Shown: positions 27,250-41,445, counted from the first letter of the stretch. The stretch is DNA of 64,000 nt from Octopus sinensis (GCF_006345805.1 NC_043015.1:22010001-22074000), one strand, 5' to 3'. A program made the numbers and translations. The notes: generated by a model from the letters alone, not told the origin.

Positions 27250-28470
27250 ATATATAGGTTTATACATGTATATACGTACACATATATGTATATGTATACA
27301 TAGAGATACATCACATTTAACCGAAACACGGTATTTATGTATAATTCCTCTTTACACTTAGATGGGCCGCTGAAAAACAGAACCAATTAAGCATCATTTA
27401 TCATGCAGAAACACATAGACAAGCACAGACACACACACACACATGTGTGTATGTACATATATATATATATATATATATATTTGTGGCCTGCTCGCTTAGC
27501 CAGCGGGGTGGCGTCATTCAAAGGCTAAAACCATGCGAACGCATTGTGACCAGCGATGTGTAAGAACATTTGATGGTCTGGTCGGTCACGTGATCACGTG
27601 ATATATATATATATATATATATACATTTGTGTATAAAACAGTATTATACAGTTTGTATAATTTTTCCGTTATATACATATACTTCTTATATAAAGATAAC
27701 ATTTTATTAAAAAATGGCCAGCATATGAAAAATACCTTTTAAGGTGAAAATTATAAATACAATTATAAATAATTGCAAAACAAACTTTTCTTCGTTAAAA
27801 TGCTGCAAAATAGCCGCTAAATCGTCTAAACACAAAATATCTTCACATACATTACTACACCACGTGTGGAAAGAAGTTGTAGTAATATAAGGGAAATATT
27901 GTATGTGGTTAGACGAATTAGCGTCTATTTTTCAGCATATTGGCAAATAAATTTTGTTTCTTATTACCATTATTCATAATATATATATGTATGTATGTAT
28001 GCTTGTCTGTATGTATGTATGCATGCATGTAAGTATGTATGTATGTATGCATGCATACATACATACATATATACATACATACATACCTACATACATATAT
28101 ACATACATACATACATACATGCATAAATATTTCACTTACGTACCATGCACAGAGTTTTCAAAGACGTGAATAATTTAACGTGAATTTGGGAAGAAAATAG
28201 GATGCACTTTTGTTTCTCTTTGTAAATATAAATGTCACATGTTTTGAAGATAACAGCTTAAATGATACGTGGCTGGTTCGATAGCCTCTTTTCTTATATC
28301 AAATAAAGTACTTCTTATATCAAATTTCATGTGACTAACGAAGGATTTTGCAATCGTATATCCTTAGTGGAGATTTTAATTTAGATATGCACAAGTTATG
28401 GCGTACAAACAATCACACACACACACCTATAGACAAATCAAGTATACATTTCTATAAAACAAATTATATG

Positions 28471-29322
28471 TAGGGTGTGGTAAATATATTGTCGTCTAAA
28501 TTACACAAAAATGAAGATAATACTTACATCTCATTTTAAAAGATATATTTACCAGAATTACATAAAAATATCTTGAAATAGTATAGAGTAAATGTATTCA
28601 ATACAATTGCCATTGGCTTCAACCACGTCTTCCAGACGACTTCGGAATTTCCTGTAACTTTTCTGGACAGTCTCCTTGTTTATGTTGGTGAATGTTGTCA
28701 TAATCCTTGCATTCAGTTCATCTTTGATGTTACAAACAGATTTATTGGTCTCTCGCTCAGTTGTGCCTCACACATAACAATCAGGGGAGTCTGTGTAGTT
28801 ACGTGGCCAGATGTTAGGGGTGATGTGGTCGCAGAAATTGTCTGACAGCCATGACTGGGTTCTCCTGTTTTTATCGTGCAGAATCCCGTTGCTAGACATA
28901 AGGTCTTCCAGCAGCACCCTCTTGACCCAGGACAGCACCACTTCCGCCAGGCACTTGATGTAGGCCTCTGTGTTGAGATTCTGGCATAACGCCGCCATCA
29001 CTAGTGAGAACCCTAAGCACCAAGATGTTAGCTGGATGGTTGATTATTATCAATATCGGTATATGTTTGGGGACACAGCAGGCCCACAATTGTTCTGTGT
29101 TCCCCATCTGTTCATATTGGAGCTTCCGGTGCGAATGCCAAGCAGTATAGCATGTCGTTTCCAAAGTTGTGGCAGAGTGAATAGCGTTATGGTGCTGTTT
29201 TACTCAGAGACGGTGCCCAAATGACCCTCGTATACTGTGTATTCGGCAAAATCAAAAACAAACACAGTGTATACATGAAATTAAAATTAGGTCATGGCGA
29301 CAATTTACCCATCGCAATGTGT
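28471..29322 (-). mobile_element. Tc1/mariner (maT/DD37D-like) internally deleted relic
   Basis: Minus translation LNTEAYIKCLAEVVLSWVKR...TQSWLSDNFCDHITPNIWP...ERETNK...KDELNARIM...FRSRLEDVVEANG; imperfect GGTAAAT..TTGTCG terminal repeats. Confidence 0.8.
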
Positions 29323-29325
29323 ATA

Positions 29326-29579
29326 TCTCATTTACTAGCTTCAGTCATTTGACTGCGGCCATGCTGTCACCTTTAGTCACTGCCTTTAGACTAACAAATT
29401 GACCTCAGGACTTATTCTTTGTAAACCTAATACTTGTTCTATCGGTTTCTTTTGACGAACTGCTAAGTTACGTGGACTTAAGCAGAGCAACAGCTGTTGT
29501 CAAGCGATGGCCGGGTGGGGACAAACGCACACAGGCACATACACACACATGCACACACACACAAACACATGCACACACA

Positions 29580-29624
<45 letters not shown>

Positions 29625-29634
29625 TATATATATA

Positions 29635-29679
<45 letters not shown>

Positions 29680-29841
29680 ATACAACCGGTTTCTTTCAGT
29701 TTCTGTCTAACAAATCCACTCACAAAGCTTTTGTTGTCCCGTGGCTATAGTAGAAACAGATCACTAAGGTTCCATACAGTGGCACTGAACTTGGAACCAT
29801 ATGGTTAGAAAGCAAGCTATTTACAACACAGCCACGCCTGT
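29326..29841 (-). mobile_element. SINE family A, full length with internal microsatellite
   Basis: Same architecture as 7446-7941. Confidence 0.85.
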
Positions 29842-31769
29842 ACATATAAAAAAGGCACACACATGCACACACATGTAATATGTAGTAATTAAAAGATGTT
29901 GCAATTGCCATAAAGTTTTCATTATCTCAAATGAAACAGGAATTCTGAACAATTGCGATACGTCTGAGTTTTTCTCTGACGATGTTCGTAATTGAGATGA
30001 ATTTCCTGATACTAAAGAAAAACGTTTGATTTGCAAAGCGAGGACAATAAGAAATGCGTTTGACAACGAAGTTTGTAGAATGCAACTAGATATTTAGCAA
30101 TTTAATGCATGTAGAAAATTCTGTCTTGTACACAACTTGGCCTGAAATTTCCTGAGCAGTTGTTAACTGATGAAACGGACCCAAATATGTGACTAGCAGG
30201 ATAAAACACATCGATAAAATGAAAAAAAGATGGACATTTCGAAATCTCTGAGATGTCGTTTTCCATTCAAACGAGCAAAAAGCTAATTACAGTGGAAAGA
30301 AGAAATGAATCGTAGAACAGGGGCCGTGAGGATTTTCAGCGAGTAAAATTTGAAATAAAAAATAACATCATCAAATTCAAAATTATGTAACAATTAACAA
30401 AACTCATCACGGAGAACAACAAAATTACCAGAAAATATACCCGACATGGCTGAGTTTCCACTTTGTACCATTTGGAATAGTTTATGCACGATTTGAATTT
30501 ACCCTGATACTCTACGCTCCAATGCCTTTACCCATATACTTTTGCACATCACAGGATTCTCTCTCCCTCTCTCTTCCTCTCTCTCTCTCTCCATTCATCT
30601 TCCTCCTCCAATATTTGAAGCAGTTTATCACGGTCGCACTGCACATGCTACTGCTACTATTACTGTAGTTATGTGATTCCTAGAAGACTGTTCTACGCTT
30701 TTCTCTAAAAGATTTGTCCTCGCTCATCTCAGTTACGTACCCTGTACAATTCATTTTGCTTTAGCAACCAGACAGAAAGTAAACACTCTACCTCGGATAA
30801 ATAGATGCACTGCTTCGATTCTCTCGATCCAGCTGGAAGCCGGAGCTCTATTACACGTGAGAATAGATTTTCCTCACATCCTAACAATCCACGAAGCGCA
30901 AACAGTGAACGAATGCATCGCGGACACTTTCGTTATATTGCATGCATCACTAAAACTTCAGCTGACGGTGCCTCCAGCAGAGCAAAACCTATTGAATGGG
31001 AATTCACACAAATCCGATTTTCATTTAAACTTAGAATTCTTATGAGAATTTTCTATGATACTTGAACAAAAATTTCTCTAAAAGTAACTATCCGACTCTC
31101 TTCGGTAAACTTTGAAAGTCTCTAACAATGTCACAAGAAACTGTATACAAACATAATAATATTATCATACACTGTGTTAACACTTATCGCTATCGTCTAA
31201 TTTAAACAACGGTAAATAGAAGCTAAATTGAAAATATGGTACACAGAACTGTGTTTAATAATCTTAGATCATCCTATGATTATGTAGGTGATATGAAACA
31301 TGAGATTCTATTTGAAGAATATAAGCTTAGACACAAAAATATTAAATAACGCGATTAAATCAAGAAATTAATGAGAAGTAAGTTATCAGAAATTGAAATA
31401 TATACCATATATCATTTTTTGATACATTTCAATATTAAAGTATCCACTCGCAAAACCATTAGACAATGTAAGATTATTATACTGTTGTTAAAATCACTAC
31501 TAAGTACGTATTTCAGGAAGATTATGAATCTTAATACTAATTAGATGGTACGGATAGAGATGGGGATTACAAAAGGAGATTGGAAACGTATAATGATCAA
31601 AGACATTACGCAAAGCGAGGATCGAAAACTGTGAAAGTCTGCGAAAAACATCAGTTTCAAATGTTGACAGAAGGCTAGCAATTGCGAGGAAGGTGTTATG
31701 CCGATTACATCAACCCCGATGCACAATTACTACTTATTTTATCGATAAAATGTACTTATCAATGATAAT

Positions 31770-31986
31770 CCTTTATACTATAGGCCCAAGGACTGAAATT
31801 TTGGGTGAGAGGTTAAGTTAATTACATCGACCTTGGTACTGATCTGGTATTTACTTTATCGAACCTGAAAAGATGAAAAGTAAAGTCAACCTCGGTGGAA
31901 TTTGAAATCAGATCGTAGCTGCAGACGAAATACAGCTAAGCATTTTCACTCAGTGTCCGAACGATTCTTCCGGCGCTGGCCGCCTT
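31770..31986 (-). mobile_element. SINE family B (with a second fragment at ~31680-31745)
   Basis: TTACATCGACC...GATGAAAAGTAAAGTCAACCTCGGTGGAATTTGAA...CCGCCTTA. Confidence 0.75.
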
Positions 31987-32580
31987 ATAAATAGCGATAA
32001 TAATTCCAACAGGAATTCGAAGGTTAAATACATGCAAGCCGGAGCATTCATATGTATTTTCTCTCATTATCTCCATATGATTAATAGATATACAGCGGAT
32101 AATTCGACCTACCGTTCAGTTTACACAATTCGCTCTGGCTTCTGAGAAAATAACTACAAAACATTTTAAAGCAAATGGAGATGCGTGTCTCCGAATAGAA
32201 TGTGAATAATGTGCGTGGCTAGTTTCACTGTGTGTGCGTGTGTGTGTGTGTGTTGGTATATACATGTATACATACATATATAGACATACTTACACACACA
32301 TACACACACGTATATTATATATACATATATACATACTTATATATATACTTATATATATATACAAGTATATAAATACGCACACATAAACACAGACGGACAG
32401 ACAGACAGGCAGACATACACACATATATGAGGATACTTGGAATTATTCACTAACCTAAATATTGTTACCCTTTGAATTTATGAAGTATTTTGTGCGGATT
32501 GATAATCTTTTACACACACACACACAAACATACACACACACAACACACACACACACACATACACACACACACAAACATAC

Positions 32581-32770
32581 AGGCACCGGCGTGTGGCTGT
32601 GTGGTAAGAAGCTTGTTTCCCAACCATATTGTTTCAGGTTCAGTCCCATTATATGGCACCTCGGGCAAGTGTCTTCTATTATAGCCTCGTGCAAGTTTAT
32701 TCTGCTATAGCCTCGGGCCGACCAAAACCTTGTGAGTGGATTTGGTAGACAGATACTGAAAGAAGCCCAT
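32581..32770 (+). mobile_element. SINE family A head (plus)
   Basis: GTGGCTGTGTGGTAAG...GGTTCAGTCCC...GGCACCTCGGGCAAGTGTCTTC. Confidence 0.8.
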
Positions 32771-32791
32771 ATATATACATATACATATATA

Positions 32792-32841
<50 letters not shown>

Positions 32842-33299
32842 GACGGGCTTCTTTCAGTATCTGTCTACCAAATCCACTCACAAGGTTTTGGTCGGCCCGA
32901 GGCTATAGCAGAATACACTTGCACGAGGTATTCCACTAAACTTTGTACGACTTCAACACAGTCTCTCCCCACCTCTCTCACATTACTTTGCCTTTCTTAC
33001 TTTGCACTTCACTGTCCCTGTCTTTCTTTTTTCTCGCCAATTCTTCGGTCTAGACGTTCTCTTTCTTCTCCCCTCCTTAATTCCTTGTTCCTCTTTTTTC
33101 TCTCTTCTCCCGTCCTTAATTCTTTTGTTCCTCTCTTTCTCTCTCTTCTCTTCTCACGTCACCGCTGACCGACTAGCCCTTTTGCGTGGGACCACAGGCA
33201 CGGTAACATCATTCTTTTTGTCTGCTGTAAGGCTTATTCTTGATCCGCCAGCTGAATTCAATTAGTCTCTAGTCGAAAGACGCCTGTTGTTATGTACTG

Positions 33300-33545
33300 T
33301 TATTATTATTATTATTATTGAGTGAGAGAACAGTGCATGCGAACAAAGTGACACTGGGGTAAAATATACGAAGCCCAGTGTACCCATCATAACTATCCAT
33401 CTGATAAGGGTGCACAAGGCACGTGCATCACAACCATATGTGCGCGACATGGTGATCTCATATCAAGATAAACAGCACATGACCTTGCAGGTGGGAACCT
33501 GTTAGAATTTTCTTCTGGTCGAGTAGCCCATCCCGCTCAAAAGGG
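33300..33545 (-). mobile_element. SINE-like repeat ending in (AAT)n tail
   Basis: GC-richer ~230-bp block ending on minus in CTCTCACTC(AAT)n; single copy in this window. Confidence 0.45.
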
Positions 33546-33949
33546 GGTATATGTGTGTAGGTAAAAGGGGGGTATGGGAATGTATATGTGTGTGTGTGTG
33601 TCTAATGGAAGTGGAATGTTTAACATTCAACGCTGAAAGATCAGCCTTTCAACTCTGTGTGAGTATCTGTGCGTAAAGGTGTGCGTGTACAAGGGAAGTA
33701 GCAATGTTTTGACATGCTGATGCCCCCCCCACCACCACCACGATGATGGAAGAGGCAGCGAACGCGCTGTTTTCTGATTGGCTGAAAATTCTGAAAATGA
33801 TCAAATTTTGAACACCTGTAACGTAAAAAAAAAACAACCTTTTCTTGAATGAATGAATAACAAATTCGGTTTCAGCGTCAAAGCTTACATCTTTATGATA
33901 CATTAAACACTTTTTTAAAGATAATTGCAAACAGTGACGAAAACCACAA

Positions 33950-34008
33950 AGAACTAGCTTCCTTCTTATTCCCATTCCTCCTTATCCTACTCACACACAC
34001 ACACATAC

Positions 34009-34050
<42 letters not shown>

Positions 34051-34295
34051 CATATACATATATACATACATAAATGTACGTACCTACCTCTACATGTATA
34101 TATGCATGCATATATGGGTACAGGACTCCCCCCACAAAAAAAACGTCGAACACAATCAGAAACGAAAACATAAACACAAAACCAAGGAACTGGACATTTT
34201 TCTTAAACAACTAAAAAATAGAGTCCAGGACATATAACACAAGGAAAATTCCCCTTCTTCAGTCGCCATGGTTTCATCTACTCCGCGTTTCAAAG
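33950..34295 (-). mobile_element. Family P1 copy
   Basis: Reverse complement aligns with 21135-21390 (GAAACGCG...CTGAAGAAGGGGAATTTTCCTTGT...GTCCTGTAC). Confidence 0.6.
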
Positions 34296-34883
34296 CATAT
34301 ATATATATATATATGTATGAGATGGGTTGATAGAACTTGATCGAAGCGACACCAAGAAAACTTTGCATGCAAATATATATTCTGTTTTTCTTTGAAGAAG
34401 AGACAAAGCTAATCTAGCATCTGCTTTCATTAAAATACGTGCGTCTCATATTGATGAAATGGAAAACTGTTTCAGTATGAATAACAGGACAAAAAAATGC
34501 TGTTAGTTTAGAGAATGAAGCAATTCAGGAAATCCCGAATCCCTTTCCAGGCTCGTTAAGAAAGATACATTCTAGAAGAAGCCCAGGAAAATAGATTAGC
34601 CCAGCAAAATATAAAGCCAGGAAGTGAATGTCCGAACATATACAATAAGCGTCCGGTTCGTTACAGTAACGTGAGGTATAGTGGAGCTACGACTTAAACA
34701 TTGTTCCAGCTGAAATGATATCGTTCTGTGTTTGTGAGCATATTAAGAGAAAAATATTTCCTCAGTAGGATTATAATTCGATGGGACTGGCATGTTTTGA
34801 AAAGAAAAGCCTTGGAGACTACAACGCGAGAAGAAGCCAAATTTTCTTCATATAAACGGCAAAAAGATAAGCTACTTTGAATA

Positions 34884-37070
34884 CACTATGCAACACTCAA
34901 AAAAGTAGAAGAGATCTGTGCCCATTTCTAAATGCAAAATGACATGGGAAATCCATTTCTGGCCTTCTTTGTGTTGAATTAGGCATGGTTTCTACATAAT
35001 TGACACTGTATAACCTTTTTGTCATTACTATTCGATAAAATTCTCTACTGCATTGTAAAATGGGATTCAACCCAGGGCTAGAGACCAATCTTAGTAACAC
35101 CTACATTGTGATTCAAAGCTTGCGTTTAATGTTATTTTTTATCTTTCAGATCTTATTTGTTTTCAGCAATGAGTGCAAAACAGTGCAAAAATGATCCAAT
35201 CAGGTTCTGTTATACCTGTGGGGAATTGACTTTTGCTAAAGAAAAGCGCAGTATCACACGCCATATCAAGAACATATACAAGGCGTACTTCGATTGTTAC
35301 TTAGGAGAGCAGGATAAGTCATGGGCTCCTCATGTGTTGCCTTACATGTGTGAAGACATTGAGTGCCTGCTATGCAGGAAAAAATCTCACATGAGGTTTT
35401 GTGTACCAATGATTTGGCGTGAGCAGAAATATCACTCTAATGATTGCTATTTCTGTCACCATGACTTTACAGGTTGTACTAAATCAAAGAAAAGGAAACA
35501 CATTGTTTACCCATATTTGCAATCAGCAATGCGCCCAGTAGATCACTCATAAAATTTACCTGTGCCCAAACCTCCAGATCAAGAAATGTAGAGTTCCAGC
35601 AGTGCTGATGAACATTCCAGTGGTGAATGTGTGGAGCCCAATGATCCAGAAAACGAGAATAAACCAATACCATTTTCTCAAGAGGCTCTAAATGACTTGT
35701 GCAGGGATCTCTATTTCACCAAAGAGAAAAGTGAGTTTCTGTCATCAAGGCTTCAAGAACGTAATCTTTTTGAGAAAGGATGAAGATAACACTGTACAGA
35801 AAACGTAAAGAGGATCTACTTGCACTATTCACCATGAAGGATGACTTCTGCTTTTGTAATGAAATCACTGGACTTTTTGAGCAACTGTAAATACCATACG
35901 ATAAAACCAACTGGCGACTTCTCATAGATACATCCAAGGACAGCATTAAAACTACACAATGGTAACACTCTGCCTTCTGTTCCCATAGCTTATAGCACAA
36001 ACATGAAAGAATCATATGAAAATCTGAAAGCAGTTCTAACAAACATACAGTATGATTACCATACCTGGCATATTTGAGCAGATTTTAAAGTTGATTTTAA
36101 GGCCATACTTACTGGCCTTCATCTTGGCTATACTACATTTTGCTGCTTCCTGTGCTTATGGAATTCCAGAGCAAGAGCTGAACATTATGTACGCAAGGAT
36201 TGGCCGATCCGAGACGAAATTGAGGAAGGAAAACGCAACATCATGCACAATTTTTTAACCACCTTTGCGTATTAAACTTTGTTTGTTTAAGCAATTTGTG
36301 AAAGCCTTGGACAAGGAATCCTCCGCATTTGTGTACCTTGCAGAAAAGTGCCCTTTCCCGAGTCAAACTAAAATTAAAGTAGGTTTCTTCATAGGTCCAC
36401 AAATTCAAAAAATTGTACTTCATGAAGCCTTCATCACACATCTCAAGAGAAAAAAATGTTTGCCTTCGAGTCATTCAAGAAAGTTTGCGATAATTTCCTG
36501 GGCAACCATCGTTCAGAAGACTATGTGCAAGTTGTGAATGTTCGGCCGAGTCATTATCATGATATGGGATGTAACATGTCTTTAAAAGTTCATGCGCCTC
36601 ACTCTCATTTGGATTTTTTTGCGGAAAATCTTGGTAATGTGAGTGATGAACATGGAAAAAAGATTCCATCAGGATATTTCAGTGATGGAGCGATGATTCA
36701 AAGGAAAATGGAACCCTGGCATGTTGGCAGACTACTGCTGGAGTATAAAAAAAGATCATACTCTGCACAAGAGGCTTAGAAGGACAAAAGTTGTTTAAAC
36801 TGACAGGTGTGTTTTTAATTCATAACAAATATATGTTTTGTTCTACCGACTAAATTTTTTTTTTGTTTTTTGTAACTTTCAATATTTGCAATGTTATGTT
36901 CAATACGCGATATTATGCAATATATTATAAAACATATGATTCATGGTACAGGAAAACAGCGCCTAATCTGGAGAAATAAAGGTCAGAATCAGAAAAAGGA
37001 CAATGTTTTGACCCAGAAACAAGTCTTACTTAACTTGTACTTTTTTGAACCTGAACTTTGTTGCACAGTG
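34884..37070 (+). mobile_element. DNA transposon, Chapaev3-like (CMC group), with both ends
   Basis: Ends CACTATGCAACA / TGTTGCACAGTG, subterminal TCAAAAAAGTA.AAG on both sides, ATA on both flanks; DNA transposon status is firm, the family name is from memory of the protein. Confidence 0.75.
35169..36779 (+). pseudogene. Disrupted transposase with N-terminal Cys/His Zn-finger-like region
   Basis: FCYTCG...DKSWAPH...PMIWREQ.YHSNDCYFC; LNDLCRDL; FCCFLCLWNSRA; KQFVKALDK; CNMSLKVH..HSHLDFFAENLGNVSDEHG; several stops and frameshifts. Confidence 0.85.
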
Positions 37071-37566
37071 ATATCAGCGGATATGCTTTAAGGATCAATG
37101 TTTCAGAGAATTCCAAGACTTTCCACAATAGCAACGAGCATACCCTAGCAATTCCTCCCCAATTCCATGTCACTCCTCAAAGAGATTGACACTTTCCCAA
37201 GATTCTCTGATTTTTGTGGGAAATACTTCAGCACAGTTATGTACTTCTACTAATCTACATACACAGATTAAGCGCCACCGGAGATTAGGTTTTATCGAGT
37301 AAGACATTCTAACTATCAGATCCACTTGTCAGCTCTAAACGATAGGGCATCACCTGATAGCAAACAATCAAAAGTGCATAGAAACCATTTATTCACGGCC
37401 TGTTGCGAAGCAGACTCAGCTGAGAACTTGATATGATGTGTTTCGGTGTTGCAGATGATTCAACGACGCTTATTTAAGCAACACAGATTACGAAATAGTT
37501 ACCAACTAAAGCAAAAAAGACACATTCTTGCAATCCTCTCCTCTGTTGGTGTGTGTATGTATGCGT

Positions 37567-37602
<36 letters not shown>

Positions 37603-37870
37603 GTCTGCAACTGATTGGTATTGCGCCGAAATAATGGTATACACATACACGCACACATAAACACTCACACACGCAAACACATACACACACACACATACAC
37701 ACACTTGAATGTGTTCTTTGATGAATGTAATGTTAATTCTATAGCTTTATAATGTTGATTTAGGCCCGTAAACACCTATATTATATACCATTTGTATTGC
37801 CTTCGATAATAATAACAATAATGATTTCTATATATATTCTCGCTTCTGAATATTTTTGCTGCCATATATA

Positions 37871-37947
<77 letters not shown>

Positions 37948-39281
37948 GTGCTTATGCCTGTGTTTGCATATATATATGTATATACATATTCACTCTCATC
38001 TTCTCTAACTACTAAATAAACACATCAATATCGAACAACAACAGCCGTCCGAATATCAATGTCGGCACGAAACAAAATCCATCATTTTAATAGTTTAAAT
38101 TAACACGGAAATTTTTAGTAAATCTACTGAAAAAAATAAGAAGAAGTAAAATGTTATATTAACATTGCGATAATAATACTAAATTTTGTGTTTGGATTGG
38201 TTGAAATCAAAACAAAAATGCTAAATGCAGAGTAATTTCCATACTACCCGAAAATAATATCATTTTTGTAAAAATTTAACATGCAATGAAATCCAATATA
38301 ACGCTTCATATATGAACAGACTCCGGAAATAGCAGGAAAGAAATTCTTGCTCCTATTTTAAGCAGGTTTTTATCAATATTCTAACAAAAGAGTTTTGTGT
38401 ATGTAAGGCTTTTGTAAGATACAGACAAACGGGAAACAACAAGAAAAACTATTTAAAATAATACTGAAATTAATTGACTGCGCCATGGAAATTCTGCGTG
38501 TAGTTTTTCATGCTGATGTTCTCATGTATTCCAAGGTCATTGGTGATCGATATCAGAAGGTATTTTGAAAATCATTCCAAATATGAGCCACCGGTCACTT
38601 TGAAAGACTGGCATATATATAATATCTAACCCACCATTACATTTATAAAGATAGATAAAGTGTATCATGATCTGCAGGACTCGAGAATAGGACGCTGAAA
38701 TTATAACGATTTTCATCAATGAAAACGTTAGTCCGTCTAGGGGATGACTTCCAGTGTATTGTTGGAAATCATTTGCGCTTGGAAATCATTTCACAACGTA
38801 AAATGAGGTCGTTTGCTCAAGAACGCTATGCATAATTCGTTGCAGGATTCGAAACCGCAATCAGATGATTGTAAATGCAGCTCTTTACCACTACATGATT
38901 TGTCTTCACATCTTTGTTTGCTATATCTAGGGAACAGATTGACCACATTCTCTTTTATCAAATTTTCCCTCAAGAAGCACTCTGTACGAATCGTTAGATT
39001 TACCTACTTCCCATGACATATGAAGATAACTGATTGACAATCATCAACTTGATCTATTTATGTGTAAATAGATCTAGCTGATGTTTGTCAATTGTCTTTT
39101 GCATCTTTTTCCTTGACTTATAAATTCTGGTTAAACTTTTGTAAACATCCAGATACATATTATTCAATTGCACTATTGCCCCGCAACAGTTAGCGTTTGG
39201 ATATAAACAGGTATACATCCAGTAGTATATTGGATATTTATTATCCCTTAGATGTTTGTCTAACGTCTCACTAATATATAC

Positions 39282-39329
<48 letters not shown>

Positions 39330-39406
39330 GTATAAAATATTAGAAAAAACACCTTTATTATAAAATAATTATATATATATATATATATGTGTGTGTGTAT
39401 ATATAT

Positions 39407-39438
<32 letters not shown>

Positions 39439-39439
39439 G

Positions 39440-40025
39440 GCAATGACTAGTGACCGAGACCTTTGGAAATATGCTGTGCGTGAGAAGACCCGGCAGAATA
39501 AGTGAGTCCATACCGTATCCTTTGCCAGAGATGTAGCCAGCCCACTTATGCATATCTTTCCTTCCTTGGACACGCGAAGACCTGTTGAGGCAAATGAAGT
39601 CGAAATTGAATTCGGAATCGAACCACATCCGACGACTGGCACCCGGCAGTTGCCAGTGCCGCTGGACTGACTCCTGTGCAGGTGGCAAGTAAAGAAACAC
39701 CGTTTCGACCCTGTGCTTGAGGAGACCTATTGAGTCAAATACATCAACATCAAAAATCAATGGAAATTGTAGTTTTGATTCCTGTGTCGGTGGCACGTAA
39801 AATGCACCATCCGAACGTGACTGATGCCAGTGCCGCCTTGACTGGCTTCTGTGCCGATGGCACGTAAAAAGCTCCAATCCGATCGTGGTCGTTGCCAGCC
39901 TTGCCTGGCAGCTGTGACGGTGGCACGTAAAAGGCACCCACTACACTCACGGGGTGGTTGGCGTTAGGAAGAGCATCCATCTGTAGAAACACTGCCAGAT
40001 CAGACTGGAGCCTGGTGCAGCCTTC
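39440..40025 (+). mobile_element. RTE/RTEX-type LINE 3' end with subrepeated UTR
   Basis: AMTSDRDLWKYAVREKTRQNK* then UTR with four CTGTG..GGTGGCACGTAAAA-like motifs and GGCGTTAGGAAGAGCATCCATCTGTAGAAAC tail. Confidence 0.65.
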
Positions 40026-41159
40026 TGAGACACTCAAACACACACACATATGTATTCAACTAAGTAATTATATATTTTGCGCTCTCTCTCTCTCTGTCTC
40101 TTTCCCTCCCTCTCTGCGTATATACAGAGCGGGAACGTTATTGAGAGATTTCTAATTGTGAGTATATTGCTCCCTTCAAATCAATCCAAATATTTTTCTT
40201 TTTTCATATCCCACATGGCAAATAAAATGTTAACTCCTGTAAGAAGTAGACGTGAAGTCGTTGCTGCTATATCTGCAATTACAGCGATTTAGAAGCTATC
40301 TGATTTCTAAGTGTTGCAAATTTTGGATGTCAGTGGAATCTTCTGGCTGGAATGTTTCTACTGAGTGAAAAAGAACACAATCTAACAATTCGAACAAAAT
40401 GTGGACACCAAAACACATTTCATTTTCAGATGTCGGGTGTATTGTTTCAGAATTGTGGTTCACCAGGACAACTGACACACGTCGATTGTACTACAGAAAC
40501 CCTGATTCAAACCTGCAATTATACAAGAAAACGGTGCCAAACGAACGAATCCGGCATGCTTAGAGTAAATGTCTAACATATAAAACGATAGACCGACAGC
40601 CGAGTGCAGATCCTTCTGATAGCTGCACTGTAAGTAACATTAAATTTGCAGTGATTGGTTGAGGAGTGGTGGGTAATGATGATCATACGATATCACCTCA
40701 CGTTTACCTTTAGAGTCAAACAATTAATGTTGCTGAATGATATGCCGTTTTGATCACCCCGGGACTATGATTAAAGTCACTTGACCAAGATGGTCTGCAG
40801 CAAGACTGAACCTGCAACCATGTTGTTGGAATGCAAACTTTATACTATACACTTACGTCTGCACATTCTTGCCTCCCGCCACAGATGCATGTATGTGTAA
40901 GTATACATACCAATATATCTATATCTATATCTATATCTATATATTTATATATATATATGTTGGGGGGAATTCACAAAAAACAGATGAAGGCAGGTGGTGT
41001 AAACAAGAAGAGTATTGACAGTGACTTCGAAATCATTGCTAATTGTATTCATGTTAATATTAGTTAATCTATAAATCTATACTCCATAATCTAATGGAAT
41101 TATCCTTTACATTAATGTAACAATCGCCTTTATTAGAACTGTTTATAAAAGCAAACATT

Positions 41160-41220
41160 AATATATATATATATATTATATATATATATATAATATATAT
41201 ATTATATATATATATATTAT

Positions 41221-41312
<92 letters not shown>

Positions 41313-41378
41313 TATGTATGTATGTATATATATATGTGTGTGTGTATGTGTGTGTGTGTGTGAGTGTATGTTTGTGCC

Positions 41379-41443
<65 letters not shown>

Positions 41444-41445
41444 TA
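41160..41445. repeat. Long interrupted (TA)n/(TG)n microsatellite (representative of dozens in the window)
   Basis: Direct reading. Confidence 0.95.

Noticed and set aside
30600-31000. Promoter/5' UTR-like stretch with CACGTG and CAGCTG words
   Set aside because: Short motifs expected by chance; no linked gene
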